Positions 61,219 through 64,000 of a stretch of DNA of 64,000 bases are shown piece after piece. The translations under genes and the position numbers were made by a program. The notes under the pieces are model-generated. The model searched no databases. It was not told the origin of the DNA and saw only the letters and a program-made list of their open reading frames with translations. The stretch is from the human T2T-CHM13v2.0 reference genome, Homo sapiens, in the NCBI RefSeq assembly GCF_009914755.1, contig NC_060925.1. One strand, given 5' to 3'. Each line of letters begins with the position of its first letter. Positions within the stretch are counted from its first letter, which is position 1.

Positions 61219-62894
61219 ACTTCCTGAGATAGCTGGACAGTTTGTTCATGTGTGTCCTGGCATGCTGCTTCTTCCTTATGAGATGAGAAATAAATTTCTA
61301 GAATAGACCCTGGCCTGGAATCTAGCTTAGTTCTTTAATGAATAAGATTTGAAGGTAGGTAGGAATTGGTTTCTACACAGGGTCCTAGGAAAAGGAATTG
61401 GTATCGTTGTATCATTCTGGTAAACAAATCCTTCACCAACATAGGTCCTAAAGGATATTTAACAAGAGGGGCAAGAAAATAAGAGTCTGAGTAAATTTCT
61501 TTTTTGTTGTTGTTTCTTCATTAGACTAACTACCTGATTTTCTTTAGGAAAGTCTTGATTTCTGTTAATCCTTGGCTTATTAGATGGAGTGTTTACCTTG
61601 CTCTGCTACCTACTTTCATGGTGTATTTCCCTTCCTAGAAAATTGAGAAGGCTTATGCCAAGACTCAATTTCTAACAGGAAGTTTATTATTCTCAAGGGA
61701 ACACACTTTGGGGAGAGAAGCATTATATTAAAAATAATGGATATACTTTCTCATCTTGAAACATACTTATGAGCCTCAAGGGCAAAGTAGAGGTTCCCTA
61801 GAAGAGAGCTACAGAAATGAAGAAGAATGAGGACTGAGCTCTTTCTGCGGGTAACCACCATTGATGTATTGGCTGTAATATGGAGCCAGGTTGACATTTT
61901 GTTTTAAATATTTTTCTTCTGATGGGTTTAATTTCATTACATTTCCTAGCTCCACCCATGGGCACTACGTTTTATGAAGTCAAAATGAGTCAGTAACCAT
62001 CTCCCTATAAACATAGCAAAAACTGACAGACACTAGTGTTGGAAACATTTTCAGTCCTGTGATTGTGGTTTGAGTTTTGGATGTAGCTCACAGTAGATGG
62101 ACCTTGGTAGCCAGGAAGATAATAGTATTTTTTATGAATCAATAATGCCTTAGTTTACAAGTCTAGTTTTAGGTCCTTATAAATGTGCTTAAAAAGACAA
62201 GATACAGACTGTAAAGTTGAAAAAGTTAATAACCCAATTTCAGTTCTACTTGTGTCAGTTATGAGCCACATGATCTTGGAAAAATAGTTTATCTGAGCTT
62301 TAGATTTCTTATCACTAAAGTAAAAATAATTTTAAAAAAGCAATTGCTGTTTATCTCGCATTCACCATGGGTCTGCTTGTATTCTAAGTGCTTTACAAAT
62401 ATCAACACATTTAATTATAAGAAAATTGTGAGATAATATTATTATTTTTATTTTATTGATGCAGAGACTGAGGTATCACAAGGTAAATCACTTCCTCAGT
62501 GTCACAAGAAGTAAGGGGTAAATGGGAGAGCAGGCAGTCTGGCTCACATCTATGTATGTTTTTAACTACTCTAATGTTAATTATGCCACCTTAGAGGGTT
62601 TTATGAGGATAGAGGAAGATAAAAATATTTGCACTCTTCATTTATTGCTTAACAAAAGTGCACATGGTTGATACGTGAGGTCTTATCAGGAGCGTGAGCC
62701 ATTACTTCCTGAGATAGCCGAATAGTTTGTTCATGTGTGTCCTGGCCTATTGCTTCTTCCTTATGAGATGAGAAATAAATTTCTAGAATAGACCCTGGCC
62801 TGGGAATCCAGCATAGTTCTTTAATGAATGAGATTTTAAGGTAGGTAGGAATTGGTTTCTACATAGGGTCCTGGGAAGAGGAATTGATATCGTT
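61219..62894 (+). repeat. Dispersed direct repeat of about 190 bp (61219-61408 and 62704-62894), about 92% identical
   Basis: Manual alignment: about 15 differences in 191 nt; copies offset by 1485 bp. Confidence 0.93.
62230..62620. mobile_element. MIR fragments
   Basis: tctgagctttagatttcttatc and gatgcagagactgaggtatcacaaggtaaatcacttc. Confidence 0.6.
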
Positions 62895-63119
62895 CTGGGA
62901 TGGTATCATGGTTGAACATGAATGTGTTATGTCTTAGGATTTGCCTGAATATATGGCCAACACTTTTTTTCTCAATCAGGTAATTATTTCCTTGGATGGT
63001 CTACTATTTTAAATAGAATGAAAAAGAAAAAAAGTTGTAATTTAGGATAGCTCATAGAAAGAAAAATGTCAATTCCTTAAAATGGATGTGAAAGAGAAAA
63101 AAAAAGTGAGGAATTTGAT

Positions 63120-64000
63120 TTATGGACTGAATCTGATTTATGCACTGAATTATCCAGAACAGTCTAATCCCTGGAAAAAAAATAGAAACCTCGGTGACTC
63201 AACACAATAAAAGCTTATTTTGCACCATGGTCTGGTATGGGACCTTTGGGGGCATCTCTTCTCCAAGCAGTGACTTTGGAATTCTGGCTCCTTCTATCTG
63301 TGGCTCTGCACTCCCCTAGGTCCTTAGAAGAGAAAGAGAGTGGGAACATTTTATAAGCCAAACTTATCAGTGGCTTACACTGTTCTGCTCACATTTTGTT
63401 TATCAGATCTCAGACACATGCCTCAACCTAAGCATAAGGGAGACTGGGAAATGTAACCCACCTCTGCCAAGGAGAAAAAAAGATACAGTTCAGGGGACTA
63501 CTTATTAGTCTGCCACAGGAAACTAAGCTCAATAATCAAAGAACAAAAGATAGCTTAGTTTCTCTGGTAGATCATATTTTTGGCCCTAATTATTTATTCT
63601 TTGATTCCCTCTGAGAGATTAGACATTCTCCCCAATTTCATGTAACTTGCAGAGTCCCCAACTGTGGAAGGAATATACTTGCTCTCTCCATTGAAATTAA
63701 ACTTGCTATGCTACTTGCTTTAGCCAATAAGATGCAAATTATACCACTTTCTGGCAGAAACTTTAAGAGCCATTGAATTTTTGGCTACTGCTCCTTTTTC
63801 TGTGCCATAAGAACAGCATGTCCCCGAAAGAGCTGGTCCTTCAACCTGTACTCTGGAATGAGAAGACCTGTAGAGCAGAGCCAAATAGAGCTGAATAGAG
63901 TAGATTGGAGCTGCAGCAGCTGCAGCTAACCAACAGCTTCCAGTATAAAGCAGGAGTTAGGAAATCAATGCTTGCTCTGAAAAGCCACTGACAATTTAGA
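63120..64000. mobile_element. Old MLT1 LTR fragments (~63120-63520 minus, ~63620-64000 plus)
   Basis: ggggagactgggaaatgta; acttgctttagccaataagatg...aatgcttgctctgaaaagccactga. Confidence 0.55.

Overview
This is AT-rich, CpG-depleted primate DNA (AluY present; most likely human or another ape), with no intact protein-coding gene, RNA gene, CRISPR array or CpG island that I can support. Most of the window is transposon-derived: nine Alu/FLAM copies, several L1s, L2/MIR/CR1 fragments, MaLR LTRs and DNA transposons (Tigger3, MER2, MER44, MER58, MER94-like). An old near-full-length L1M at 42.1-60.7 kb carries two further near-full-length L1s, and a 5'-inverted L1MA lies at 22.9-24.8 kb. The main finding is in the non-repeat sequence between about 0.5 and 41.3 kb. 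It holds a chain of minus-strand exon-like segments with polypyrimidine-AG acceptors, GT donors, phase-compatible junctions and long reading frames broken mostly by single TGA/TAG codons; one frame continues across an Alu once the Alu and one TSD copy are removed. This looks like a decayed multi-exon protein-coding gene (candidate unitary pseudogene) with RGS-domain-like motifs seen by eye. I cannot name it. Repeat subfamily calls come from recalled consensus features, not alignments, and boundaries of old repeats are approximate.
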